From Phoronis australis (lineage: Eukaryota; Animalia; Phoronida), in assembly GCA_002633005.1 (NCBI GenBank), contig NMRA01000133.1, positions 738,627-802,626 of the forward strand: a stretch of 64,000 nucleotides of DNA. The letters are read 5' to 3'. This document shows positions 1-12,972 of this stretch, piece after piece. A program made the translations under genes and the position numbers. The number at the start of each line of letters is the position of its first letter. Position 1 is the stretch's first letter. The notes beneath the pieces are model-generated. The model searched no databases. It worked only from the letters and a program-made list of their open reading frames with translations, and was not told the origin of the DNA.

Positions 1-3000
1 GATCTCGTTCGCCATGCAGTACTGAGTGACAAACCAGAACAACTGCTTTTGACGATTCACAACTCAAACGAACCATCATCGACTGTGGACACTGGAGTGC
101 AAACCGAGGACAATCAGCCATCAGAACCCATCAAATCTCCCACTGCTCTTAAATATGGTCTTGCAAAGCCAGGCTGGGCGGGGAATATTCTCCCTCCAAC
201 CAAAGTATTGCCAGATTTGCCATGTCCGGGTGGGCCCCCGCCTCCCCCTCCTCCTGTTCCACCGCTGCCTGGCCATGAAGTTGCCTGCCCTGCTGTCTTT
301 CAGTCAGTTAGCATCCCACCACCACCACCCCCTCCTATGATAGGCGGAGGTTCCCCCGCGCCCCCTCCGATGATGAGTGGAGGGCCACCGCCACCACCAC
401 CCCCTCCCATGTTGGGCGGAGGTCCACCACCGGCCCCACCCCCTCCCATGATGGGAGGAGGTCCNNNNNNNNNNNNNNNNNNNNNNNNNNNNNNNNNNNN
501 NNNNNNNNNNNNNNNNNNNNNNNNNNNNNNNNNNNNNNNNNNNNNNNNNNNNNNNNNNNNNNNNNNNNNNNNNNNNNNNNNNNNNNNNNNNNNNNNNNNN
601 NNNNNNNNNNNNNNNNNNNNNNNNNNNNNNNNNNNNNNNNNNNNNNNNNNNNNNNNNNNNNNNNNNNNNNNNNNNNNNNNNNNNNNNNNNNNNNNNNNNN
701 NNNNNNNNNNNNNNNNNNNNNNNNNNNNNNNNNNNNNNNNNNNNNNNNNNNNNNNNNNNNNNNNNNNNNNNNNNNNNNNNNNNNNNNNNNNNNNNNNNNN
801 NNNNNNNNNNNNNNNNNNNNNNNNNNNNNNNNNNNNNNNNNNNNNNNNNNNNNNNNNNNNNNNNNNNNNNNNNNNNNNNNNNNNNNNNNNNNNNNNNNNN
901 NNNNNNNNNNNNNNNNNNNNNNNNNNNNNNNNNNNNNNNNNNNNNNNNNNNNNNNNNNNNNNNNNNNNNNNNNNNNNNNNNNNNNNNNNNNNNNNNNNNN
1001 NNNNNNNNNNNNNNNNNNNNNNNNNNNNNNNNNNNNNNNNNNNNNNNNNNNNNNNNNNNNNNNNNNNNNNNNNNNNNNNNNNNNNNNNNNNNNNNNNNNN
1101 NNNNNNNNNNNNNTACGAATACAGAAAATGAGTACGTACTTGCATTTCTAAAAGAATATGAAGTAGGAATATCGATGAATTATCAATCACGATACATTCA
1201 ACTAATCCATGTCAGGATCGCATCATTTCACAGCGCGACTGAAAAGTTCAGGGTCACTGCGCCTCAACCTCACCCACCGGAACTACTCGCCGCACGGCCG
1301 GGTCGAAACTAAATGTACTTAGTAGGCTACCCTATCCCTACCAGTCTTCACGAAAGTCTCATTCAGTCTTCTTAAAATTAAAACCGCCGTTGGTCGCCAC
1401 AGCCCGGACCCATTTTCCAGGTGTTGTCTCTAATTGAGAATGAGTCTTTAGTTAGATTGGCCGTGATTGGAACTGGGCTCTTTTGTAAACAATGTTTTGG
1501 GAACTATTCAACTCTTGCACACCCTTTGAATGGTTACTAAATGGTCATAAATACGAAACGTTATTCATGTCAATTCCGACTCATTAGTACACAATCAGAG
1601 TAATGAACTGTGGGAGTTCTGGTTTCGGAATTGTGGAAATTCGAAGTAGTGAACTTTCGAAGGTAGCGAACCTTCGGAGTAGTGAACCTTCGGAGTAGTG
1701 AACCTTCGGAAAAGTGACATGTAACTTTAGAAATCTTTTCCATCAAGTATGTTGCTCCTATGAAATCTGCGAGGCTGTGTACCATTGACACTGACTGGCA
1801 AGAGAAGACTAACTTCGTTGATCAAAGTTTTAATTAGGTCTAAACTTACTTCTCCCTAATAATGTGAACATTTCTCGGTGCAAGAAAACACGGTACTGGT
1901 CTGGTTTCTGGAAAACGATGGAGTAGTCAGTGAACTTACCGTCAGCGTGTACTGAATTTAAAAGAACGGAAACGCTCACACGTGTACACGCATGCATGTC
2001 AATCCACAATCAAAGTGGACACTTAGTGAATAACATTTGGCAATCACTTTCAATTCGAAATTTGCTAGTAAGTACACCAAAGTAGCAGTTAACAAACCCA
2101 TTTTCCGCTGTTTTGTTTCTTGGTCGATTTTAAGGCATTAACATCCCACTACTTTTTGTGAGCTCTCTCGATGCTATATAGCTTGGTTAGGTATAGACAT
2201 TGACTTTTAGACTCCCTTGTTACCCAATGGTGTAGCGACCACGCGCGTTCAATGCCGATGAATAACATAGAAAGCCTCCTCTAACCGTCTGTACGATTCT
2301 GTCATCCACGGAAACACCACTCGTGCCGGGTAAGGCCCGATGATTATGTGAAGTACTTTGAATCAGAAGCAAATTCAAAATTGATATTAGTTTGATTATG
2401 ATTGTGGTTAGTAGTACTAGTAACCGCAACAAAATGTTGTTTTTCGCGTATCTATATCCTATCGGATAGGCTAAGCCCGCTGGACCTTTTCCGCGAGGGG
2501 TTCAATTGAACCCCGAACCCCCACCCCCGGCTACGGGCCTGTTTTGTTACGAGTTTTTAGAAAAGGCTTAGTGGTAAACAGAACGACACCGAAGTACAGT
2601 AATTCCTGGAGGGTTGGTCCTGAATTTCTGCCAAACTTTGTTTCTAAGCAACTGAGAATAGTCTTACCGCACCGAGGGGCGATTAAGGTCTTGGACGTTT
2701 GTGAAATATTGCGCTTTTATGTAGAATGTTTTGCTTTGCTTGGCATGAATTAGTTCCACATACGTGCACTCTCACAACCGAGTGCACGCACTCAGTGTTT
2801 GCGTCAATTTCAGAAGCACGTGGTGTAGTGCAGAAAGCTGTTTACCAGAAACTGCCTGACGCACTTCTTTTATGTAGATTTCCAGAACTTTACCACAGAT
2901 TGCTGAGTATTAATTATCGCATTATCGATTTAAAAACAGAGTAAAACATGTTTTATTCTGTTTTTAAATCTGGAAATCTACATAAAGGGAGCGTTTCACG

Positions 3001-6000
3001 CAGTTTCTGGTAAAGAGCTTTCAGCACTACACCACGTGCTTCTTTTTGGAAGTTGGTGAATGTGGTTTGATCGCTGTGGTAAATCGATGGCCAAATTTCT
3101 CTTCAACTTCGTATCGATCATAATTTTGTATTTAAACAGTTTGAAATGTTTTGGTGTGTATTGGTAAAAACTGGAGTCATTTCAAATTTCTTGATTTTCA
3201 GATTAACCTTTTGGACCCTAAGCGCAGCATGAATGTTAATATATTTCTCAAACAATTTAAAGCACCAAATGATGAGATTGTGAGGCAAATTAAGGAAAGC
3301 GACGAAAAGAAGATAGGCCAAGAGAAATTACGAGGTCTGCTGAAAATAGTTCCAGAATCTGACGAGGTTTGTCATTTTAACTACCTGCATATGAGAGTAG
3401 GCCTGTTGAATCTACTACTCATTGTTAACTTTTTCAACATTTTATTGAAACTTACATTTTCAGTATTGCAATTTTCAACATGTAACCCTTTTGATGCAGC
3501 TCAATTAATGATTCAAACTTTGTGTAGCTTTGTGGTAATACATGCGAATGTAAGAATTGCGCCGTATCCATAGTAGTTGTCCCTGTCTTCTTCTGTATTT
3601 CGGCCGCTGTCATTTGTTTTGTGAACTTAGCCTGAAACGATAAACTACTCAAAAATAGTTATTCCCTCTGTTTTGGTCCCTAATTTTCAAAAAGATGAAA
3701 ATGTTTGTTTGTGTCTAGATCTTTCTCGTCGCGTGTCAGTTACTGAACTCGGCCCAGGGCTTCGTTAATCAAATAAATAGTGAAAAGCCATCACTTTTGA
3801 CGGGACTGGCTAACTAATGCCAAAGGGGACTGACAATGATTGGAAGCCCTTCATTTTCATTTTACAGAAATTAATTGCAACCATGACAATGGAAAAGTTG
3901 AGACAAGTTCTTGAGAATCTATTTCGAGCTTTAAGTGTCGTAAAAGACACAAGATTCATACTTAACGTCTCATACTTAACCTACCTTTCTAAAATAGTGA
4001 AAGGTTGTGAACCATCTATTTTATGACTTACTTTTTTGTGGTGTTTTTCTAAAAGCATGTTCTCTCATCGTCAAACAAAAATCTTAAGTTGTGAATGAAA
4101 CTGTCGTGAATTTACTACTTTCTTTGAAATCAGGGACAATACTTTTTGAATAGCGTATGTTATGATAAACATAGGTATTGTTTCCCATCAAAAAATGAGA
4201 AATTATATTGTGTTTTTATTCAGATCGAGACGTTGAAGTCATTCAAAGGCGACAAGGAGAGGTTGGGAAATGCGGAGGCCTTTTTTGCTAAACTCATCAA
4301 AATCAAAGGTAAAGACGAGCAACAAGTCGTTGAAGCATTCAGATAGTAATCTGTTACCTCAGCCACTCCCTGGAAAAAATATGAAATACATTTATGGTTT
4401 GAGGTCGATTCCATTAATTTCCAGTATCGTGTGAGAATTCCTTTTTTTTACATTTCGTTACATCACGTTTCATTGGAGAGATGTTAATAAACACTCTTGA
4501 AAAGACGTTGAAAAATATTAAGAAATATGAAGTTAAAACAACAATGTTAAGTGACCAATACTTTGTTATTTATAATGGCAAGACACACGAGCGCATTGTA
4601 GCTTTTATACGTTGAATGTATCTAGTTCAAGACTCGGATGCTTCAATGCAAACGATTGACTCTAAAAACCATCACTCACCTGCTCACCACACGTTTCCAG
4701 GTTACCAGGTGCGACTCGAAGGTATGTTGATGAAGTCAGAATTCAACGAGAATGCTCAAACCCTGAAAAAGAACACTGGTGTTATTATCGAAGCCTGCAC
4801 AGATGTCCTCGAGAACAAGTGTTTATCTGAATTTCTGAGAGTTGTGCTACTGACAGGAAACTTTATGAATACGGTACGTAGTGACGCCTGGTGACTGCTA
4901 ATAACAACGGCTCATCTTTGTAAATAGGATGGTACACTTCCTCTTCATCCCATGAGATGTGCGTAGGAGGGCATTATTTGTGCTGATGTTTTTATGTACA
5001 CTGTATACTGAAAAGCTACAATTACAAGGCTTGTAATCTAGCATTAAACATGCAAGACACAGTCGAACACGCCATATGTGCGATTTTATTCATAATCCGG
5101 TCTTACCCCTTAATTATTTCCTGTGATTAGTGCCAGGTGTTTCCCGATCCTGCATCTCTTCGAGATGAATAACTTAATACCGCAAACCACGTATGCTACG
5201 AATTTAAAAATTGTTAGAACATTTAGTTATTCGATCTTACCTTATTGTGTTTTCGGCACTGTATTAATTTTAGCTTGATCTTTGACAACGTGAATGTTTA
5301 GAATGACGTCATTTTGACCTTTGGACCCCGTCAAATAAAATTAAAATGGCAAAAATGAAAAAATAACAATAATTAAGCCATATTTTATGGAGTGTTTTAA
5401 ATTATTAAGCATACAATGAGTGTAACCGTTGTTGGCGTACGTCAATTAATCCAAAAGACAATTTTGTGAAAGTTTCACGTGTTAAAATGCTTCCGTGGTC
5501 ACCTGAATGGGAAATATGTCCAAGATCTCGAAATTTTTGACAATGCGATGGTGAGAGTATTTATATTCCTATATGCGGGTCCAAATCGCGTCATTAGTAG
5601 TGCCAGACACGTCCAAATCGCGTCATTAGTAGTGTCAGACACACCATTGTTATACATTCGTATGAACAAACGTATGTTCGAAGATCCGTAACCAATACGT
5701 AGATGTTCAATTACGCGTTTTACTGTTGTCTGTGCCAATGATCAGACAGTTCCTTACTATCACAAGGTTTCATTTCGCCAATTCGAACGCAACGAAATTA
5801 AACTGTTGCGCAATGCATAAGTAAGAGTCGCACTCCGTCAGTACTCAAGGGTGAATATGTTGTGGGTATACCCAGACCTGTTGTCATACATTTAGTACAG
5901 AGGAGGACTAAAGATCTTGTTTTAAAGGAACATAATTCTACGGCCGAAATCGTGTTTGGGGATTATTGTTAGATTGGGTAGACATCTTAAACTTAATACC

Positions 6001-9000
6001 TTTGACCAGAGCAACGAAACCGTTGTTTTTGTGGTTTTGTTGCAAATCGCTAATTCTCGCCGTTGTCTGCCAGCCATTGCAAGAATCAAGGCTGGTGATT
6101 TAACCTGTTGAATGCAGTTTATCTAGTGAGGTGTAGTTCCGCAAGCAAAGCGCTGGACTGTGATTACTGAGGCTGTGAGTTCGATCTTGGTTGGGGTTGA
6201 TCTCAGAAAACCACTTTTCTCGCCCGTATTATCGCATTAAAATGGACCTTAATCATTACCAACTAACCTTTCAGGGTGCTTATTCGGGAAATGCCGAAGG
6301 ATTCAAAATCAGCTCTCTAACCAAGCTGGTGGACACCAAGGCCAACAAACCACGTGTAACCTTGCTTCATTACATCGTGGAGACGCTGGAGCAAGAGCAT
6401 GAAGAAACGTTAAGGTTTGCTGAAGTGATGCTTCCTCCTCTCAAAAAAGCTTCAAGGTGTGTTCTAGTTCTGGATAATGATGCGATTTTCCTTCATTTAT
6501 TGAATTTTCACACTGGTGTTCATTGTTTTCTTCGTCCGTTCCGAAAAAACAAGTAAAACGCAACCATGTGAGTGTTTATTTTTTACCTAAACAACATTCA
6601 AGAATGAATGGACTCACCGGAGACAGCCCAAGAGTTTTTATCTCTGCAGCGAAGGATGTTACAGGTGTGTCTCCATAAGTTGCCAGCAGTCACTGGTACG
6701 GTCAAACGTTTCGTGTCGCTCAAGTTACGCATTCGTGCTTTTAAACATCGTGTTTTTCATTTCCATGAGTGTAAGCTATTGATAAAACTTTATGAAGAAT
6801 ATATCATTACTTTCAGGTTCACAGTAGATGGCCTAGCGTCCGAAATTGGTCTTTTGAAGACAAGTGTGGAGAAGTTAAGGAAACAAGTCAAATCGTCTGA
6901 CAAAGATATCAAAACATTGTTCAAGCCATTCATAAAGGTGGGTATGGTGTCTTGAACGGTGTGATAGGAGCACTGGTCACCGAAATTCAATAATATAGTG
7001 TCAAATAGTTTGAAATATCGCAAAAAATATGTGAATTTTCATGTAATTTAGTTTGAAACAGATGACTGTAATTTGTACAGTGTGTGATAAAAAACGAACG
7101 GTCCGAACGGCCTGTTCTCTATGATCCTTTTTCATCTTGAATCATCACCCAGTAAAGCTACAGCACATTGGGGTATGAAAGCGAAACTGCACGGCAGCGA
7201 GTGGTTCGAGCGATCTTCGTGCTGCAATGTTGCGCGAACGGGCGATCACATTGGGTGCGAAGTTTTCATCTCAAAAAATAAACATCAGCCGACAAGAAAT
7301 ATTGTTTGATGTGCAGAAGACGAATTGCATATTCCGTAGCGAACCGCCAATTTTTTAACTGTTCTATGCCAAAATTGTAAAAAGCGCGCCGCCCAGACAG
7401 ACTACACATGACAATGTTTCTTGCCTGTCATTTACACTTCATGGCAAATTAATTTGTTATTTTGGAAGTGCCTTTGTAATCAACACATTATATGTTATCC
7501 AACACCTTCCTTTGCCTTACCAAATGAATGAGAATGCCGTCCATGTTTAAAGGGAAGAGCCAAAACTGTCCCGGTTAAATCGAAATTTGTGTGTCGGGAT
7601 TGGTTCAAGGAAACGCTATAACGCGAGGCAAAGTTGGATGTGAAAAATGATCTATTTCAGAATTCAGTCGCGCGACATCGCTCACCTGTCGCTCTCTTGC
7701 AGTGTAGACACTGCAACGGTAATTCAGTTGTTACAACTGAACGCTAATAAAAGCTCGCGATCAGTAAAAGTGCGATAGCAACGACAACAAAATAAAACGA
7801 AAACCTTAACGAAGGTGTACTAGCCACTAGATTTGCCTTATCACAGCTAAATGTTTTCACGCCGTCAGGTGCACTTCTCAAATTAAATTTAACTTTTTAA
7901 ATGCATTTATCGTCATTATTTTGACATTTGTCTCTTTATTTTGATACCAGTCCTTAGGGTTTATTTTGCATTACTCATCTCTATTTATAGCCCCTAGGGA
8001 CTACTTTTGTATTCATACATTTCTCTACGCGACATCTGATTGGTCGCCCATATTTCCTGTGTTCAGTTCAACGTGGTCTCTCATTCAGCCACCTGCCTCG
8101 TCATCTACAAGACCTACATTCGTTCTCTGCATTTTTTCACCACCCCCACCCNNNNNNNNNNNNNNNNNNNNNCCGGGGTGTCGGTTCCACTTTCTCTTTT
8201 CTCATATACATTTCCTGTTAGTTTTTTTCAAATTTTGTGTTCATGTTCTGTACTTTTCCTTTAAGCCCTTCAGGCAGTTCTTTTGTTTTGTTCCCTCTTT
8301 CAGGGATATTCATTGTACACGCCGGTGGGCGTTTTGTCCATGCCCATCTTGCAGAGTCTTAGTTAGTTTTATCTATTTACGTCATAATAAATCACAATAT
8401 TCGCAATCCTCCTCTTGTTTTACTCTGCAACATAGCTCGTGGCGTACCCCGGCAGAATAGATTACAATAAAACATTTGAGATGAGCAAAGGGGGCGTGGG
8501 TGTTTGAAGCGTGATTGAATGAACCAGACACGTTTGTGCTGATACGTATACTGTTGCGTGTTCATCTCTAGGAAGCCAGTGAGGAGCTGGATCTCCTAGA
8601 TGTCAACATTAAAAAGATCAAAGATCTGACTACAAGGATAATACAGTACTTCTGTGAGAACGAGGACAAGTTTCAGCTTGAGGAATTCTTGAGTAACTTT
8701 AAAATGTTTTGTGAGAAAGTGCAAGATTGTGTAAAGGACAATGCTCAACGGAAACTGCAAGAAGAACGCGCGGAGAAGAGGCGGCTTGAACGCGAACAGA
8801 AGAAGGCCAAGACTGGCGGTAAGTTCTTTTAAATCCAACACTTTGTAACACGTAATCTTATTTTGAAATAACTAATGACTGATCGACAATCTTCCTCGTT
8901 GAAAAAATTAACATATTTGTAATAGTCACTACCACAATCGGAGTCAGCCACAACATTGCCGTCACCATAATCATCGTCACCTCTTTCTCATCACCAAGTT

Positions 9001-10264
9001 TGTTCACCAGTAGTGCCGCCGTAATAACTCTGTATACGCACTCCGCCTATACGACTTTGGGTCACTGGCAACACACCACGACTTCGTAGCTCAAAAAGCC
9101 GAGTCGGAACACTTGCTTACAAACTCCCAGAAGTTGTATAGACTATCATGTACGACGTCGTATCCGAGAAATCGTATGGTGCGCGCTCTTTCGGAAAATC
9201 AAAAGGGTGCTGATACGGAAATTCCCAGCACGACATCCTATTTCTGTCGGTGGTATTTTAATTCACACAAAGTCGACTTTCTGTTTCTGGCGGCCGAAAC
9301 GAGGCTACATTTTTAATTGCATCTGTTCTCATAGTGACGAGGAACGATGCCAAGGGACATCACCTCCTAACGGAAGACGTATTGTTATACGTGTTTTAGC
9401 CAATCAGAGAACAAAAGCATCAGTAGCCTCCTTACTCTCAAAATGATTATCTACATCACCAAATTCTAAAGCAAGAGACTGGCTGTCTGTCGTTTCGTTG
9501 TTTCCACTACAGGTGTCGGGCAAGTTCGCCGTGACACGAGCGATCTTCGAAGTCGTAATTGTCGTATCTCATCTGTATCATTTTGATTTTGTAAGGAAGT
9601 TCATCGTTGGGGCAACACGCTAGCATGTACTATATGGTTGTTAGTATTACCCCTATGTTAGCAATTAATTGCACTTTAAACTTCATTTTGAATTCGAAAG
9701 AGAAAAAAAGAATAATTAGTTTTCAGCAGTAAAATGTCAATTAATGTATCTGATACTCTGATAAGTTAGCAGTTAAAACTTCCATATTCGGTTGACATCT
9801 ACTTTAAGCTTGCAATAGTTTTCAATTTTGTTTATAGAAGCCAATAACTTTTGTGGAATTTTTAAGTGTTCTGTGAAGGCTTTCAAAGTCTTGCTTTTTT
9901 CACAAATGAATGGAGCTGTCACGTCATTTTGATAGCACTCGTTGTTTCGTTCAGTATGGCTTATTTTAATGTTTAAAACCATTCGTGAAATCTAAATTCG
10001 ACCAGGCAACAGAAAGCTTCTGCACGAAACTGAGATTTGCATTTTTTCTGACTTTCTACGTATTACACAATTTTAACCTTTTCAGACAAAGGCCACGAGG
10101 TGGAGCCCGAAGACGACTCGTTTGTGGTGGATAAACTTCTGGGCGATATAAAGAAGGGTTCCTTTAAGCTGCGTAACGCGCCTAAACCTAAAGAGAGAAA
10201 GTTAATCGTGTCACCTGACGAAGTCAGGATGAAAATCCCATCTCATCAAATTATGTCATGCTAG
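1..10264 (+). CDS. INF2: Inverted formin 2-like formin, 5'-partial. Exons <1-463 (runs into gap), 3202-3366, 4224-4308, 4701-4873, 6275-6456, 6817-6937, 8572-8818, 10086-10264
   Basis: Frame 1 reads DLVRHAVL (end of FH3/DID-like region), then poly-proline FH1. FH2 motifs: [101 protein letters not shown]. The last exon carries VVDKLLGDIKKGSFKLR, the INF2-type DAD/WH2 motif. Introns from 3367 onward are GT-AG with consistent phases. The FH2 N-terminal exon(s) were not found and are probably in the gap at 465-1113. Confidence 0.88.
1620..1712. repeat. Short tandem array of GTAGTGAACCTTCGGA-type 16-mers, likely subterminal repeats of a DNA-transposon relic
   Basis: About 4 copies of (g/a)agtagtgaaccttcg visible directly. 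Confidence 0.6.
2812..3043. mobile_element. MITE with long terminal inverted repeats
   Basis: AGAAGCACGTGGTGTAGTGCAGAAAGC...TATGTAGATTTCCAGA at the left is mirrored by TCTGGAAATCTACATA...GCTTTCAGCACTACACCACGTGCTTCT at the right (about 75 bp, imperfect). Confidence 0.75.
6126..6205 (+). mobile_element. Degenerate tRNA-derived SINE head
   Basis: GGACTGTGA anticodon-like arm and GAGTTCGATC B-box, but no intact cloverleaf. Confidence 0.4.
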
Positions 10265-10899
10265 AATATCTAGTTAAAGACGTTGTTTTTGTCAGTCTTG
10301 TTTTCATCAGTTATCATCAACTTGTTCCATTATTAATATTGCATATTTAGTCATTTACTGGGTCATTGGTTCCGTTCTATAAAGAACTTTCATGTTAGCA
10401 TCTATTGAGTATATTCTAATGTCTTACCTGTAAGTGGTAAAAGTTTTTTATTTGCCATGAAACTCATGAAGGTGTGTTTCAGTGAGGTTTGTCACTTGGA
10501 AGGACGTGTGTTCGCAAGAGGAAAACTAGTGCGCAAGTAACTAGTGCTTGTATTAAAATATTAAGTTGTTTTGTTTGAATTCCTTCATCAATGATGTGGT
10601 GACTTAAAACGATTGAATTCAGGATCAACGTACAACAACAATTTGTTGGACACTTCAGTATCAAATGAAGTAGAGTTGGGGTTTGCCTTTTGGTCCTTAC
10701 CCGCCTTGAGCGGCACTAGTTACAAACCCCGGGTCGTTCTACACTGCCACGTTCGTATTTTTAAAATTAAGCCTCCAGCGACCACAAAAATTATAATACT
10801 TGTCGTATCTATTAGTATCCTACTGACAGCGTGCAAGATTTAAATCTTTAAGTTTGGTCCCTGTGAAAATTATTGGGGACTACAACCTAGGTCTGTAGC

Positions 10900-11045
10900 C
10901 AGTAGTTGAACAGGGGTTGCTTACTTGGTGATCAGTGGACCTTTGCTCTCAATCTTCAACCTCCACCTCTCGATCGTCGCCAACTGTCTTTGTCTCTTCC
11001 GGTGCCCCCTACCACCATTGTCTACGGCTGTCTTCCTCCAATGAT
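10900..11045 (-). mobile_element. Possible RTE-like LINE 3' fragment
   Basis: The minus strand reads GRGTGRDKDSWRRS, resembling the RGRPxxxW C-terminal motif of RTE-clade ORFs. Short and degraded. Confidence 0.25.
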
Positions 11046-12650
11046 TGAATCAAAAACAAAATAAGTCAGACTGTGGCGGAGCTCAAGTGCCACTGGTCTG
11101 ACTTCCTCTGCCCATGCCACAACTACACACTCCCCAGACATGGGAGTTCGCTGCCCATCAGACCAGCTAACCCCCGCCCCTGCACGTCACCTCCAACGAT
11201 ACTTAGCCACAAGTGTGATGCGAACTTCGGCAGGACCATGCAGTCTTGAGATATGTACTGAGGAAACGTTATTTCGTACTTATAGCTGTGTCAAATCATA
11301 ATTAAACGTTATGCGCTGATTTTCGTGTCCATGTATTGCAATAACTAAACGTATGGGTCGTTTCTTTAACTTAAAATTTGCGTTGGTTTTGTTCAGTGAA
11401 TTACAAAAAAGTGACACATTTAGACATTCGTGGCAGATATTGAGGATGTTTTACGAGCTCAACGTTTAATGAAGGTAAGCAGTTAAGTATTACAGTACAG
11501 TAAACTTGTCTATTGATGGATACCTGCAAGTTTGTTGGTGTAAACAATCCAATTGTCGAATAATGTATGAAGAGTTTCCTTCAATATATTGTTTGTAAGT
11601 GCCTCTTCCTCTCACACTTGACCACGCGAGGGAATTTTCGCTACCTAAATAGTAACAACAAATAGTAAGATTAAATCATGGCTCCTTTCCGTGGAAGGCC
11701 AAGAAACTTTAATAAACCTTTAATAAACTCAGACCTCACGTGCACGTCATTTGAGGTCCGAAACGAGGCTCATAAAGCAAACAAATATAAATGGCTACGT
11801 GTATTACTTTTTAGTTAGAACGACACGATTAACCCACTAAAAAGCATGATACGAGTACATTGGTTATTCCTTTCAAGAAAACCAACCCTACATTCAAAAT
11901 ATTCAACATCACTCGACCACAAACAATACAAGTAATTTATCAGTGCTTATCAATCAAATGTACAGTAAAAAGTTATCTCAGGAAGTTAAGCGGTCGACAG
12001 AAGAAATTCTACTAAAGTAGCGAGTAGCTTTCATTCCATTATGGATACAACGTGAAATGTCGGTTTTTGACATCACACTAAACCCAGTTTTGAGTTTAAA
12101 GCTGATCTAATAACTACGACTCGTTTCATCTGAAAATGAGCAACGCTTAGCGTTGATGTAGCCCACCGTGTACATCGCATACTGCACCTGCAGAGAATTA
12201 TTATTTCAAACATTCCCGCATGAGAGAGCGATATCATGCAGACATAAATTAAACCTAGGGAAACGTCCCAAATCAACGTCAGCCGCACTCTTCCATTGGA
12301 AAACGTATATTAAATTTCATAATGACCAATGAAGGAAGTTAGCGCATATTGAGGTACGTGCAAACATTGTCACTATAGGGAGCGCCACAATAGTTGGACA
12401 CGTCAGAATATGAACGTCAACCGTCTCCATCATAATTGTGAAATTTCATGATTATCCGTCAATCGATTTGTAATTTGCACTGACTGTACACCGTAAGTTA
12501 TAAGCCAGACTGTAGTTCAGGCCCAAGGGTCCAATCTCTTTACTTGAAATCGAATTCAAAATATTCTTCACGCTTTTCTATTCCACTTCTCTGCGAACTC
12601 CAAACAAATGAATTATTATGTTTACGTAATGGCTTAGGTAGATAAATTTA

Positions 12651-12796
12651 TAATCCAAGTTTGCACTCGATGACCCCATAATTAAGGCTTAACGTTTGAG
12701 TCAAATCTTGAAATTTCGAGTTTTTACTCAAAATCTCGAGATTTACTAAGTTATAGTTGAACAAATATAGGGGTCATCGAGTACAAACTTGGATTA
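12651..12796. mobile_element. Small MITE (a degenerate relative lies at about 15680-15830)
   Basis: TAATCCAAGTTTGCACTCGATGACCCC ... GGGGTCATCGAGTACAAACTTGGATTA inverted termini, with internal CTCAAAATCTCGAG repeats. Confidence 0.7.
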
Positions 12797-12972
12797 GAAA
12801 CTCATATGTACTCGACTGAGCACAGACTAGTTGCCACTCATCTTGATTATGCACAAAAAAGAACACAAAACGCAATAACTTCGAGTACGATTTTCAAGTG
12901 CAGAGACTAGGTACCGGCTCCTGATCACGCATTACATCTGACATTTGATGATTGAAAGGTCGCTTGGACTCT

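Noticed and set aside
465-1113. Long ORFs crossing N-runs (also 34751-35061 and 49087-49854)
   Set aside because: Artefacts of assembly gaps. Only the FH1-coding part before the first gap is real.
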